Shown here: one piece after another, positions 1-9,869 of the stretch
Layout of the letters: each line of letters starts with the position of its first letter
Numbering within the stretch: position 1 is the first letter of the stretch
Source: Perkinsus olseni
Lineage: Eukaryota
Assembly: GCA_013115125.1 (NCBI GenBank)
Contig: JABANN010000322.1
Location: 1 to 39,511, forward strand
Length of the DNA stretch: 39,511 bases
Reading direction: 5' to 3'
Notes under the pieces: model-generated
Told to the model about the DNA's origin: nothing
What the model saw: only the letters and a program-made list of their open reading frames with translations
The model's database searches: none
Translations under genes and position numbers: made by a program

Positions 1-240
1 GCCCAGGTGCCTCAGCCTGCCTAACTTGGCTTTGGCCTCGGCACATTTAACCTTGATGTGGTGTTGGAACGATGAGCGCCGATCGATCAAAACACCAAGC
101 ACCCGGACAACCTTGACGATGTCAACGGGTGTTCCATCGAGGGACAAAACATCGTCCCCGATGGTCCTAGGCAGGAGCGCCTGGCTCTTGGCCGGCTCGT
201 AGGACACTCCAGCGTCGGCGGCCCAGGCCAGCAGCAGAAC
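1..240 (-). mobile_element. Non-LTR (LINE-type) retrotransposon reverse transcriptase fragment, thumb region; runs off the window start
   Basis: Minus-strand translation is open: VLLLAWAADAGVSYEPAKSQALLPRTIGDDVLSLDGTPVDIVKVVRVLGVLIDRRSSFQHHIKVKCAEAKAKLGRLRHLG. It matches the LINE RT pattern after YADD: W...G..F/Y.P.K, then (R/K)xLGV.ID..L.F..HI. In-frame stops lie just upstream of 240. Confidence 0.8.
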
Positions 241-367
241 TCTACAGTCAGTGCAACCACATCACTAGCATGTCAGTATACCCGCCATCATCGGCGTGAC
301 GGAATGAATTATTGTAAAGCCTCGTTCCCGAAATCTGAAAACGACAAGCCGCGACACCGTCCCTGAC

Positions 368-1494
368 CTGTGTCTACCAGAAGACAGAGGGGAAGAAGAC
401 AGAGAGGAAGGAGACAGAGTCCTCAATGACGAGGTGAACTCTCCTCGTCTACAGTAGACGTGAATCAGGTAACTCGCTACTTAGTCACCAGACGCAGTAA
501 CAGAACAACGCAGGAACAGAGCACTTACCCAGAATAAGTCGCTTTCGAGCACTCAGGTGACGCTAAATCGGGTAAATATGTCAAGCGGCGTCGCTCGGGA
601 GATCTCGTGCGTCTGCTGGATCCTCAAGTCGTGCTGGTAAGATCACTACCCTGTCGTTCTGCAACCCCTAGCAGCCTTCCCTTGCTGAACGATCACTAGA
701 AGAGGCTTCATGCCCGATGGCCAATGATGCTGATCGCATGCTTTCTAGAAAGAGCGTGATGAAGGGACCGAAGCTGCCAAGGCACTGCTCATGGCATTTC
801 GAAGATATAATAGGACGTTGTCTACTAAAACAGCGCCACCGTCGCGAGAGACGCGCCGCCTTCATGCACGCAGCTCCTCCAACTCAGTCGATCAAAGCCA
901 GGATTATCTCCCAATCACTCCCATGAATCCTTCAACCAGCGTCCAGACTCTCGTTGCTGCAGCGATGATGAGAGCTACCGCTGGAGCCATTCCAGAGACT
1001 GGAGTTTTCACCACCACAGTTTCGGGCGTATGTTTCCTCGTAGGGTGGCCTCCTGCAGACCCCGGTCCTATGGTGAACTTTTTTGCGGGCTGTGGGGTGG
1101 ACACCGCGTCAGAGCTCAAAGTTATCGAGAATCCGAAGAACACCTTCACACTCAATCTCACGGACGAGCAGACTGCGACTAGGTACAGCAGTTTCATCGA
1201 GGCAGCCGGGACATTCTGCCAGAAGGTACCCAAGATTGAGTACGGTGATATGGAGAAGATCATCTATGAGCCGGGCCTCAAAAATGATGAGACTCTCAAG
1301 ATCGCGATTGGGTCGATCACAAGGACCTTCACCCCTGGGGGTTGCCCTATTGAGCCACTCCATGTGTGAAGGGCAGTCCTCCATCGTGAGCGACCCTATT
1401 GGCTCGGCGCCGACGGTTGTAGTCGCCACAAGTTTTTAGCACTCCTTTGGTAACCCAAATCCATTTTCACGGTGTTCAAGTCGTTGAGTTGTAA
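368..1494 (+). repeat. Direct repeat copy A (~1.1 kb, includes a gene and its flanks); partner is 4652-5783
   Basis: Shared blocks: GAGACAGAGTCCTCAATGACGAGGTGA at 411 and 4681; ACTCGCTACTTAGTCACCAGACGCAG at 472 and 4721; GTGTGAAGGGCAGTCCT after both stops; similarity ends near TTGAG.TGTAAAT at ~1494 and ~5783. Confidence 0.9.
923..1369 (+). CDS. Small putative secreted protein, 148 aa, family copy 1
   Basis: The ATG at 923 aligns with the paralog start at 5168. Hydrophobic N-terminus MNPSTSVQTLVAAAMMRATAG; four Cys conserved with copy 2; intronless. Confidence 0.75.
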   Translation: MNPSTSVQTLVAAAMMRATAGAIPETGVFTTTVSGVCFLVGWPPADPGPMVNFFAGCGVDTASELKVIENPKNTFTLNLTDEQTATRYSSFIEAAGTFCQKVPKIEYGDMEKIIYEPGLKNDETLKIAIGSITRTFTPGGCPIEPLHV

Positions 1495-1530
1495 ATGTGC
1501 GATTGCGCCGGACACCGGAATCCCCGGCTG

Positions 1531-1695
1531 CAGAAGTATGATGAGTTCACCAAGCAATCCAAGATAGGCTGCAACGTCTCCGTCACATTCGGGAAGGGTG
1601 ATATGTATGAGTTCAGGTACTACCCTAACTCGGGGAAGGGGACACTCAAGATCCCGATCGGCGGGGCCCTCAGGGAGTTTATCGCTGACTTGTGC
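1531..1695 (+). pseudogene. 5'-truncated, divergent third paralog of the small secreted protein family
   Basis: QKYDEFTKQSKIGCNVSVTFGKGDMYEFRYYPNSGKGTLKIPIGGALREFIADLC aligns with the copy-1 C-terminus RYSSF...FCQKVPKIEYGDMEKIIYEPGLKNDETLKIAIGSITRTFTPGGC. Conserved: Y..F, C, GDM, Y.P, TLKI.IG, R.F, terminal C. Confidence 0.65.
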
Positions 1696-2251
1696 ATGAT
1701 TGCTATAGCTATGTTGGGTTGTGAGGCTCAGAGGCGTTACTGGGCTGTTCGACATGGTGACCATGTTGAACAGCCCAGTCATGGCCCAGTCCGACCATGT
1801 CATGGTCGGAGACTGTGCGACTACCCTAGCCGTACGTATGATGATGATGCCAAGGGCTGAGGAAGGTGCCTTTGAAATTGGCCCAACAGTGGCATTACTT
1901 TGCAAATTGCAACTGAATTGGCTGATTGTTTTGAATTTTAAAATGCCGATTACTGTGAGTTTTCTCGGCTTGCACGTACACCATGAGGCCGATGATATTT
2001 TGATACGATGAAATGAGGACTCGTGAGACCTCAGATTCACTCACGTCAATAAGGACTCGTACGTTCCTATTTACCATTAGTTTATTGAGATGTAACAGAG
2101 GAGCACCAACCCTCATCATAAAATGCCTGCGTCCTCGGTCGTATCTGAGCTACTCTCGATCAACCTTGGCGAATACTCCGCTCGGCAAAGATCATCTTGG
2201 GTTAGAGTGGAGTAAGTCAACGACAAACACCGGCAAAGGTTTCACCGGGTC

Positions 2252-2588
2252 AGAGGGGATTCACCCTCTAGCAGGGTGATTTCGTATAGGAAAGTCCAGG
2301 ACTTATTGGACCTATAGAAAGCGCTGGAGTATCAGGAAGATAGTCGTATACTGTTCTCCGATCGGCTCGGGCCGTGCCGCTGGAAGTCGCTGAAGGTCCG
2401 CGTGATGGATCTAGTTTGAGCACGCGGAGTCAACGATAATCGAGCGACTGGGCCCTAAGGAAACTCTGGTGGATGGATCGAAGAGGCCGTGATAACTTTC
2501 ACCAGTCGCGCGCCCGGTAACCTGCCCTACTACTACAGGGCCTGTAGTGATTGGAGTGATTGAAGCAAACGGTTTGCTTCAATCACTT
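2252..2588. other. Cluster of inverted repeats (putative structured RNA leader)
   Basis: Stems: TCACCCT/AGGGTGA (2261-2279); TATAG..GTCCA/TGGAC.CTATA (2285-2316); CCGCGTG/CACGCGG (2398-2427); GCGACTGG/CCAGTCGC (2444-2509); ACTACAGG-G-CCTGTAGT (2532-2548); perfect 16-bp AGTGATTGAAGCAAAC-G-GTTTGCTTCAATCACT (2555-2587). Confidence 0.7.
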
Positions 2589-2688
2589 GGAATTGGTATA
2601 GTGGTAGACTAATCTGCCTCTAACTAGTGGAGCGCTGTATCGGAATAAAGTTTATTCAACAAACCCGAAAAGCGTTCCCAGGTCTCAG

Positions 2689-4020
2689 ATGTACGTCGTT
2701 GGTGCAGACGGTCAACCGAGAGGAACTCCTCTCAAGGCTCTATCTAGCCAATGGAGGATCTTACAACACCAAGATGCCCCTCATGAGGAAGGACTCGAAG
2801 GGCTCAGAATGCAGAAAGGCTGGCGTTGGTCTAGATTTCGTCGCCAATTGGAGCTTGCGCTCAGTGGTGTTCAAGGAGATTCTTCTTCCTTGAGACTCCT
2901 GGCGTATAGTCTCTCTCTGCCGCGAAGTGTGGTTAAGGGGCCGGATGGGAAGGTAGGCCTCATTCAGAGTGCATCGATTTTCGCGTGGAAGTCGATTCGC
3001 GAACCAGTAGTGGATGATAAGGATTCCGCCGAGGTTTCGACTTTCTCGACTGGGATCCGGTTTGCTTATGAGTCTTGGACTAGGCAGTGCTCTACCTTAT
3101 GCCAAAAGGTTGGGAAGTGTATGGAGAAGCTGTTGTCGTCCTTTGACTCGAGCAACCCGATCATTTTCTTAAGTCGATGGTCCAATCTTTATCGTGAAGC
3201 TGGCCACCTCGAGTTCTCTAAGAGAACTTCTCTTGTAATGTCGAAGAAGAGAGTTACTTGGCCGGTAAGCTAGCTGATACTGTTGGTGAGTTGGAATCCA
3301 ACTGTTGGATTGGTCCTTTCGGGTACTGCCGCATGAGTTTATACTCCAACAGTGCCCCCGCTCGAAGAAGCAAATACTGAGTTCGGTGCTTTGGTCAAGG
3401 ATGTTCGGTAGAAGGCTTCAACACCACAAGAGGCGCTTTCAAAGTTGCAGAATCATTCGGCCAGAATGCTGCACTCGAAAATCATTCTTCATCCATTGAC
3501 AAGCATATTGGCCTCTACCTCACGAAGATCTCTCTTCCTCCTGGAGTGGGGAATACCGGTCAGACCAAGCGCTCACTGGACCGTAGAGAAAATCATGCGC
3601 CTGGTTCGAAGAGATTCCGACCTTCAGGTTACTACGAGGCTTATCGCTACTACTCAGCTGTTGAAGAGTTCAGGTGCTTCTTTCAGCTTGAAAGTTTCTA
3701 GAAGGTCAGCGAGATATTTAGCCTCGCGCCTCCAGAAATCTCGAGTAGAAAGCAGAACGGCCAGTGCTCTAATTGCGGTAAGCGAGGCCACTCAGGAGGC
3801 AGCAGCATTGCCGCTATCGCTGGGTAGAGTGTAGGCGGTATCGTGTGAATTGTCCCATTCGAGCCCTACTATCCTGTATAAACAAGCCACGCTATAGTGT
3901 TCATAGTAGCTCAGTAACTAAGCCTCAGCTCCACAGCACACTAACGAGTTCCTTTCCGAGCTGTCTGGCTGCTGCGTCATCACTACTACAATGCGATTGT
4001 AGCGGACTCAGGGTTACCTT
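2689..4020 (+). mobile_element. Decayed LTR-retrotransposon (Ty3/Gypsy-like) gag region, frameshifted
   Basis: ORF 2689-3273 has capsid-like helical segments (WSRFRRQLELAL...LRLLAYSLSLP; LLSSFDSSN...SRWSNL). Zinc knuckle CSNCGKRGH at 3765-3791, followed by a degenerate second knuckle in another frame (HCRYRWVECRR). Possible protease-like IVADSG near 3996-4013. Many stops and frameshifts. Confidence 0.6.
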
Positions 4021-4651
4021 AGTCCTATCACTCCGCATACCTACCACTGTTGGGTTGTCTAGCCATAACTCAAGGATCATCTAAGCAAAACACTGCTGAT
4101 GGGATACATCCTGACCAACAGCCGCATCTTCGCACGAAACCTCGTGACGAAAATTTCACAATATTTCAAGGGTCACGAGCAAAACTCTAGCCCTCAGCTT
4201 CGGGTTTCCAAGATGGGTTCCCTCATCTGTTCCTACGCGGAGACACAGAGAAGAGACTTAATCCAACATAGACCAGGCAATGCGGCTCCTACGCAAGTAG
4301 CCTGCGCTCTCAGCTCTGGCTGACGCAAAAAGTCCGCCACCACCTTGGTTTCAGCATGTTAGCAGCCCGCAGTGCAAACAGTGATGAGTTTCAGCAGACT
4401 CAGTATTTTCATTGTGCCGACGTGCTTGTTGTCTTTTCGTGAATGCGTATTTTGCGCTAGCGTGCTAAGATGTGGATTGAGTCAGATAAAGTCCTATAAC
4501 TCCTTTTCTTATATGTTAGGGGTTTCACAGTCGGGGGGGACAGCGGGTGGGCAACAGCATGCCCATGAGGCTGCGTCGGCTCAACCGGAAGATGTAAAGC
4601 GAAACTCTATAGTCGCCGTGCGAGAACGAACTATGCTAGAGCCTGGACAAG

Positions 4652-5783
4652 CCCGTGTCTACGAGAAGACATAGACGAAGGAGACAGAGTCCTCAATGAC
4701 GAGGTGAGCTCTACTCTTTTACTCGCTACTTAGTCACCAGACGCAGAAACAGAACAACGATGGAGGAGAGCAGTTGAACACTGACATCACTGCAAATCGG
4801 GTGTACATGTCAACCAGTGTTACCTGCGGGTATTCCTCGCGCCAGCTGTGCCTGTGTCCCGAATTCCTGGTGGTGAAGTCGCTAGCCTGCCGCTCTGCGA
4901 CCCCTAGCGGTCTTCCGTCGCTGAACGATTATTGGGAGGGTCTTCATGCCCGATAACTGACATTGCTGACCACAGAGATGCTAAACGAGCTCTTAGGAAG
5001 AGCATGACGAAGCAAATGCTGCCCAAGTCACTGTTGACGGCATTACCGAGATATAATGGGACGCCGTCACTGAGACAGCGCCACACGTCACGTCACGTCT
5101 TCGTGCTACACGCACGCAGCACCTCCACCCCAATCGACCCAACCAGGATTTTCTCCCAAGCACTCCCATGAATCCTTCAACCATCGTCCAGACTCTCGTT
5201 GCTGCAGCGATGATGAGAACTATCGCCGGAGCCATTCCGGGGAAGAAGGTGTTCACCACCACAGTTGAGGGTATATGCTTGCAGATGGGGTGGCCTACTC
5301 CAGACCCCGGGTCCACAGTGATCTATTATGCCGGTTGCTCCCAAGGGGAAGCTGTCGCGTTCTTCCTCAAGCTTATCGAGAACCCGAAGAACACCTTCAC
5401 ACTCAATCTCACGGACGAGCAGACCGCGACTAAGTACAGCCGTTTTATCGAGGAATTCAACGGGGCGACAAGGACGTCTTGCCAGACGGCCCTCAACCTT
5501 GAGAATGGTGATATGGAGAAGATCATTTATAAGCCGACCCCCAAGAATGCTGAGACTCTCGAGACCTCCATCGGCTCACTTCAAAGGACCTTCACCCCTG
5601 GGTATTGCCCTTAGTGGCTCCGTGTGTGAAGGGCAGTCCTCTATCGTGAGGGGCTCTATTCGCTCCAGGAGGAGAGGTGGAACTGCCCTGCAGTGCCAAT
5701 GGCAGTAGCACGCCAAAAGTTTTTAGTACTCCTTAGGTAGCTCAAATCGATTTTCGCGGTCTTCGAGTGGTTGAGATGTAAAT
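4652..5783 (+). repeat. Direct repeat copy B (~1.1 kb); partner is 368-1494
   Basis: Colinear similarity with copy A through the upstream flank, CDS and 3' flank. Confidence 0.9.
5168..5614 (+). CDS. Small putative secreted protein, 148 aa, family copy 2
   Basis: MNPSTIVQTLVAAAMMRTIAGAIP...; shares the identical block IENPKNTFTLNLTDEQTAT, GDMEKIIY and RTFTPG.CP with copy 1. Confidence 0.8.
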   Translation: MNPSTIVQTLVAAAMMRTIAGAIPGKKVFTTTVEGICLQMGWPTPDPGSTVIYYAGCSQGEAVAFFLKLIENPKNTFTLNLTDEQTATKYSRFIEEFNGATRTSCQTALNLENGDMEKIIYKPTPKNAETLETSIGSLQRTFTPGYCP

Positions 5784-6176
5784 CGTCGAGATGAGCAGCA
5801 GCACACCGGAAGTGAGCTCGCAGGCGGGCTCGTGCAAAGTGGAAGTTGACGGCTCCTGTGAGCAGGGACTAAGCACATAATGCCGAGAACTATCCCTGTC
5901 CTAGAACAGTACTTCGGACCACAAGCTGAGATCAACGAAAGCAGAGAGATCATCACGCAGGCCTACGGGATGCCTCTCCCGTGAGCATTGACGCCTCAAC
6001 AAAGACCACCATTTTTCTTACAGAAAAAGGTCTAACCTACGCGGTGCACTTGTTACAAACAATTGAACACTCGTAGTTCTGGTGGCAGAGAAGCCACACA
6101 ATCCCTGATGAATACCATGTCCTGATGTGTGAGAAAATCAAGTATCTTTGAGATACTCTTGGCGATGCCAGAGAGG

Positions 6177-7421
6177 TTAACGTCTCACATTAGGAACGAT
6201 GATGTAAACGATGATACAGATTACTATCACGCCTAATATGATCTTCAGCTTGATATTCCTGATTTGCATTTGCCTTCTCAAATCCGCTGATTGTCTCAAA
6301 AACACATGAGCTTGTCGATTCATATCCTCCGTTCTTCGACCTAGGCTCTCTGCGCTCTCCTGATTCTCTACGATGCGCCGCACCTGACGGCACGTCCGGG
6401 CGAGTGTATCTTCCGATGCGAGACCAGATACTACATTATCCTGCATCACGCCTTGTACTTCCTCTACCTTCTCTCTTACACGGGCCGCCTTGTTACCATC
6501 CCCCGGGTTATTATACTGAACAACGAAACTTCCATATTCTGAGATGAGCCTGGATCGACCCAAAGATACTCATGCTCACCTTATTCATCAGCTCCTTCAT
6601 GCGTTTACGATTTGGCCTGCTCAACCCCTCTGCCGGAACCTCGTCAAGGCGGACTCCAGAGGACTCTATGGTCTTCCGTAGATCTTCACACAGCTCCCAA
6701 GCAGAAGATACCGGATACCTACTACCACAAATCCACCAATCCTACAGTCGGGAAACGTGAAGGCCTCCACTTCACTTCAATAAGCATGACAATCTCAGTT
6801 AGATCGATCTTATCGAGGCACGCCCACTCCAGCGAGAGCTCCATGCCGCTTTCCGGGTGCAACCACCTAGATTTCGCCGCACCAAAGCGAGGCATACTTC
6901 AAGCTAGCAGGCTCAAGGAACAAATGCAGTGCCCAAGCATCAGCCCTCATACAAAAGAAAGAAGTTTCCGATTTGTCTACGATGGAGTGGTACTCCCGTT
7001 CACTACAACTCTACTCCGCCCCACCTACCCCTTCTTCACGGAGGCCACGTAGACATTAAGGGCGTTGCTGTCGGCGACGACGTGTAAACGATTGCTCGCA
7101 CCTCCACCAGTGTCTGTAACCTGCAGCCAATTCCATCTTACCTCACGCTAACAGCGAGCATGAGGACACCGCCGACTACCCCTACCCGCCTAGAACCCGG
7201 GATGGCTGCGTTTGACTTGTGTATTTCCTCGAAAAACACGGTCTCAATCTCAGAACGCTCTCGAGAGGAGATAGCTGGGTTGAAGTGGGATAGAAGAATC
7301 TACACAAAGACGTGATCCGTGCAAGGTGTGGTAGTAGAGTATGTGTTACGGCTCGATCCTTTAGACGGGCCACTGCTAGATAACCCACTTGGCCATCATC
7401 ATCCGATGGAGAGCCGGGCAT
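6177..7421 (-). CDS. Longin-domain R-SNARE (VAMP7-like synaptobrevin), 6 exons
   Basis: Spliced reading: MPGSPSDDDGQVGYLAVARLKDRA / ILLSHF...GSRR / VTDTGG...VASVKKG / YPVSSAWELCEDL...MKELMNK / YNNPGDGNKAARVREKVEEVQGVMQDN / VRRIVENQESAESLGRRTEDM...NIKLKIILGVIVICIIVYIIV. Synaptobrevin coil plus C-terminal TM helix. Confidence 0.9.
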
Positions 7422-7882
7422 GCTACTATCACTAAGCTGGCAAAGGAGAGTTCAACCAACCGCAGCGAAGCTAGGACGTCTTAATAGAGGACGAATGGCG
7501 CATAGCTGACGAACTTGCGATCCTGTACTACTAATGCTTCGCGGGCCGTCTCAGGAAGTGTTGTCGGAACTGAACGAGTACCGATCCAAGCTCTGAGAGG
7601 ACGGACTGAAGGTGGTATCTTCAGGTGCACACTCCCGTACTGAACGATCTACCTAGATGCTGCGAGACCCCCAATAACCGCCGACAGAATCGACTACCAC
7701 CGACGAGCGTCTCGGTAATCCCGGACACGATTAATAACTACTAGAAAGCAACACGATCTCGTTATGTAAAGCAACTGTGTATCATTCAAGCCTACTGCTC
7801 CTACACCATCAGAGGTTCCTCCACCTACCCGAAGGCCTCCTGCCTTCAGGAGAGGCGTCAGCAAAAATTAGAGCAACAACAG

Positions 7883-7903
7883 GCAGCAGCAGCAGCAGCA
7901 GCA
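7883..7903 (+). repeat. (GCA)n microsatellite, intergenic
   Basis: About 7 GCA units. Confidence 0.8.
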
Positions 7904-8253
7904 AGAGTACGATATTTTCACAAAGCGTGCCAGCGTCTTAGTGACTTCCTTTCCACCAGGGATGAGCAACATTGGTGAAATTGCTACTGTCAACTATTAA
8001 CCCTGGCACGGATAGAAATGACGATCGATGACGAGGCGGACGAGTGATTATTATGATATAACAGTAACAGATTATTGTTTCTGACACCTCTAGCTTCTCA
8101 TCAGTAGTAGTACAAAACCCTCCATTAAAAGCAGCCGCTGGAGTACAAGATTCCTAGTGAACTACGGTAGATTTTTAAGTAAGTTGGAGGCCATTCACCC
8201 CTCCTCGAACCGCGATAGGAATGCTAATGACGGCGGTGGCCTCCCATACTCCA

Positions 8254-9283
8254 CTACGCCGCATTGGCAACAACCTCAGGATGATGCCCCTTGTCCTTCT
8301 TTTCTCCTGGCGGTGGGGGAACCTTCGGGGGCGATTTTCGCTTCTGGCTTGGCTTTGGCAGAGGCACCTGTACAAAAGAACGCGTAAAACTCCCACTTCC
8401 CACACCTGCCCTCTCCTACCTCCACAGCAGTGATGGCATCAGAATTGGGGAGCCTCGTTATGCGTAGCAGTTTTTCTATTTCCCCCCTGCACTTCGGACA
8501 GTGGGCTCCTCCAACAGCTTCGTTGCATGCGATGTGCATAGCGCAGGGCTCACAGATGCCACCATGGCCACACGGCAAGATAACCTGATTACGAAGCAAC
8601 CATTTGCCGCAAAAAACGGTAAAGTCGAGACAGCGCGGGAATGGGGCGTGAGACTACAGAGCGTGGACTCTGCACAGTATGACGTGCTCGAGATTCTGAG
8701 ACCATGTTGCTCAGAAGGTTCCCGAGGGCTAGTAATTCTCATCATCAAAAATTACATTCTGTCTTTCCGGGCGCGGGATTAGCCAGGTTCTACTACCATA
8801 TCCCCTGGGTTTTCCAAGCACACACTGCACGGTGGAATCTCCCAAGGCTTCTCATTCGGATCGCTCGGTGGCGGCAATTGAGTGACCTCACTAGTCGGAA
8901 TGAAGTTTGCCGACGACAGTCGCACAAGAGGCACCTCCGCTCCCGTAGGTGGCGCCTGAACAACGCATGAACACTCGGAAGAGGACGTCCGGAAGTCCCA
9001 CCTGAGATGCCGTTTGGACCATCGTCCCTTCCGGCTGCGAACGGTCTATTCTATTGACGGCATGGCAACTGGAACATACGAACGCTGTGGCCGATGCAGG
9101 GACGGACTGCGCGTAACTGGAAAGGAAAGCATATCACATTTCTCGAGATTCACGTTGGGCAGCGCCTAACCTGCACGTGCCGCAGACCAGAGGTTCGGAT
9201 GAAGGGGTGGGGGTACTCGGGGCGGTGTCGGGAGCTTTCTTATCCTTTTTACTGCCACACTTGAAAATATTGAAGAAACCCAT
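8254..9283 (-). CDS. RING (C3HC4-type) E3 ubiquitin ligase with N-terminal LSD1-like zinc finger, multi-exon
   Basis: Start MGFFNIFKCGSKK. Spliced finger LVCGTCS|YAQSVPASATAFVCSSCHAVN. Spliced RING CSVCLENPGDM|VILPCGHGGICEPCAMHIACNEAVGGAHCPKCR. Last exon VPLPKP...VVANAA* with TAG at 8254-8256. Confidence 0.85.
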
Positions 9284-9314
9284 ACTGATGAAACGCCAGG
9301 AAATATAATAACAA

Positions 9315-9400
9315 ACCTAAGATATCCTTTTTCTCTGTAAAAACCGTAAGCAACCTAAGATATCCATCTCTGTATGAAAACCGTAAGCCACCTAAGATAT
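9315..9400. repeat. Short tandem repeat, 37-38-nt period, ~2.3 copies
   Basis: ACCTAAGATAT at 9315, 9353 and 9390, with TCTCTGTA..AAAACCGTAAGC between copies. Confidence 0.85.
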
Positions 9401-9869
9401 TCAGTTCAACTCGAGGAGCGAATACTTGAAAGCCCCACTGCTTACAGAGAGCACTGCCAACCTAACATACCCGTAATGGCTGCTTCATCCTCACCGTTCA
9501 AAGCTGCTACGATCGGGCAGATCTACTTCTAACAATCTCCAGATGCGGAGCGCCGCCTGGCTCTCGCGCATCGCTCCTTATTGCAGTATCGGGCTCCTCA
9601 ACCACAGACGCTTCCAGATCACAATAATCACAACCATCCAGGGAACACTTGCTAGACCTAACTCCGCTCGACCCGTACACAACGCAAGGCGGTTAGTCGG
9701 AAAGGAGGGATGCCAAGAAAACTGCACGTGAGATCTTCGGCATTTGTCCAGAATCTGCTTACCGGTGTCTGATCGACACTATCCATGATATTAAGGCTTG
9801 GAAAATCCCATAGTAAGAATCGACAAAAAATAACGGCAATAATGCAACGGATGAGAAAAAGGTTAGAAA

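Noticed and set aside
791..922. Upstream in-frame extension of ORF 791-1369
   Set aside because: Not conserved as an open frame in copy B; the signal peptide begins at 923.
2593..2640. TGGTATAGTGGTAG resembling a tRNA D-arm or PBS
   Set aside because: No cloverleaf downstream and no matching tRNA 3' end that I can assign.
9315..9400. CRISPR-like spacing of repeats
   Set aside because: The spacers resemble each other, there are only three repeat cores, the context is eukaryotic and there are no cas genes.
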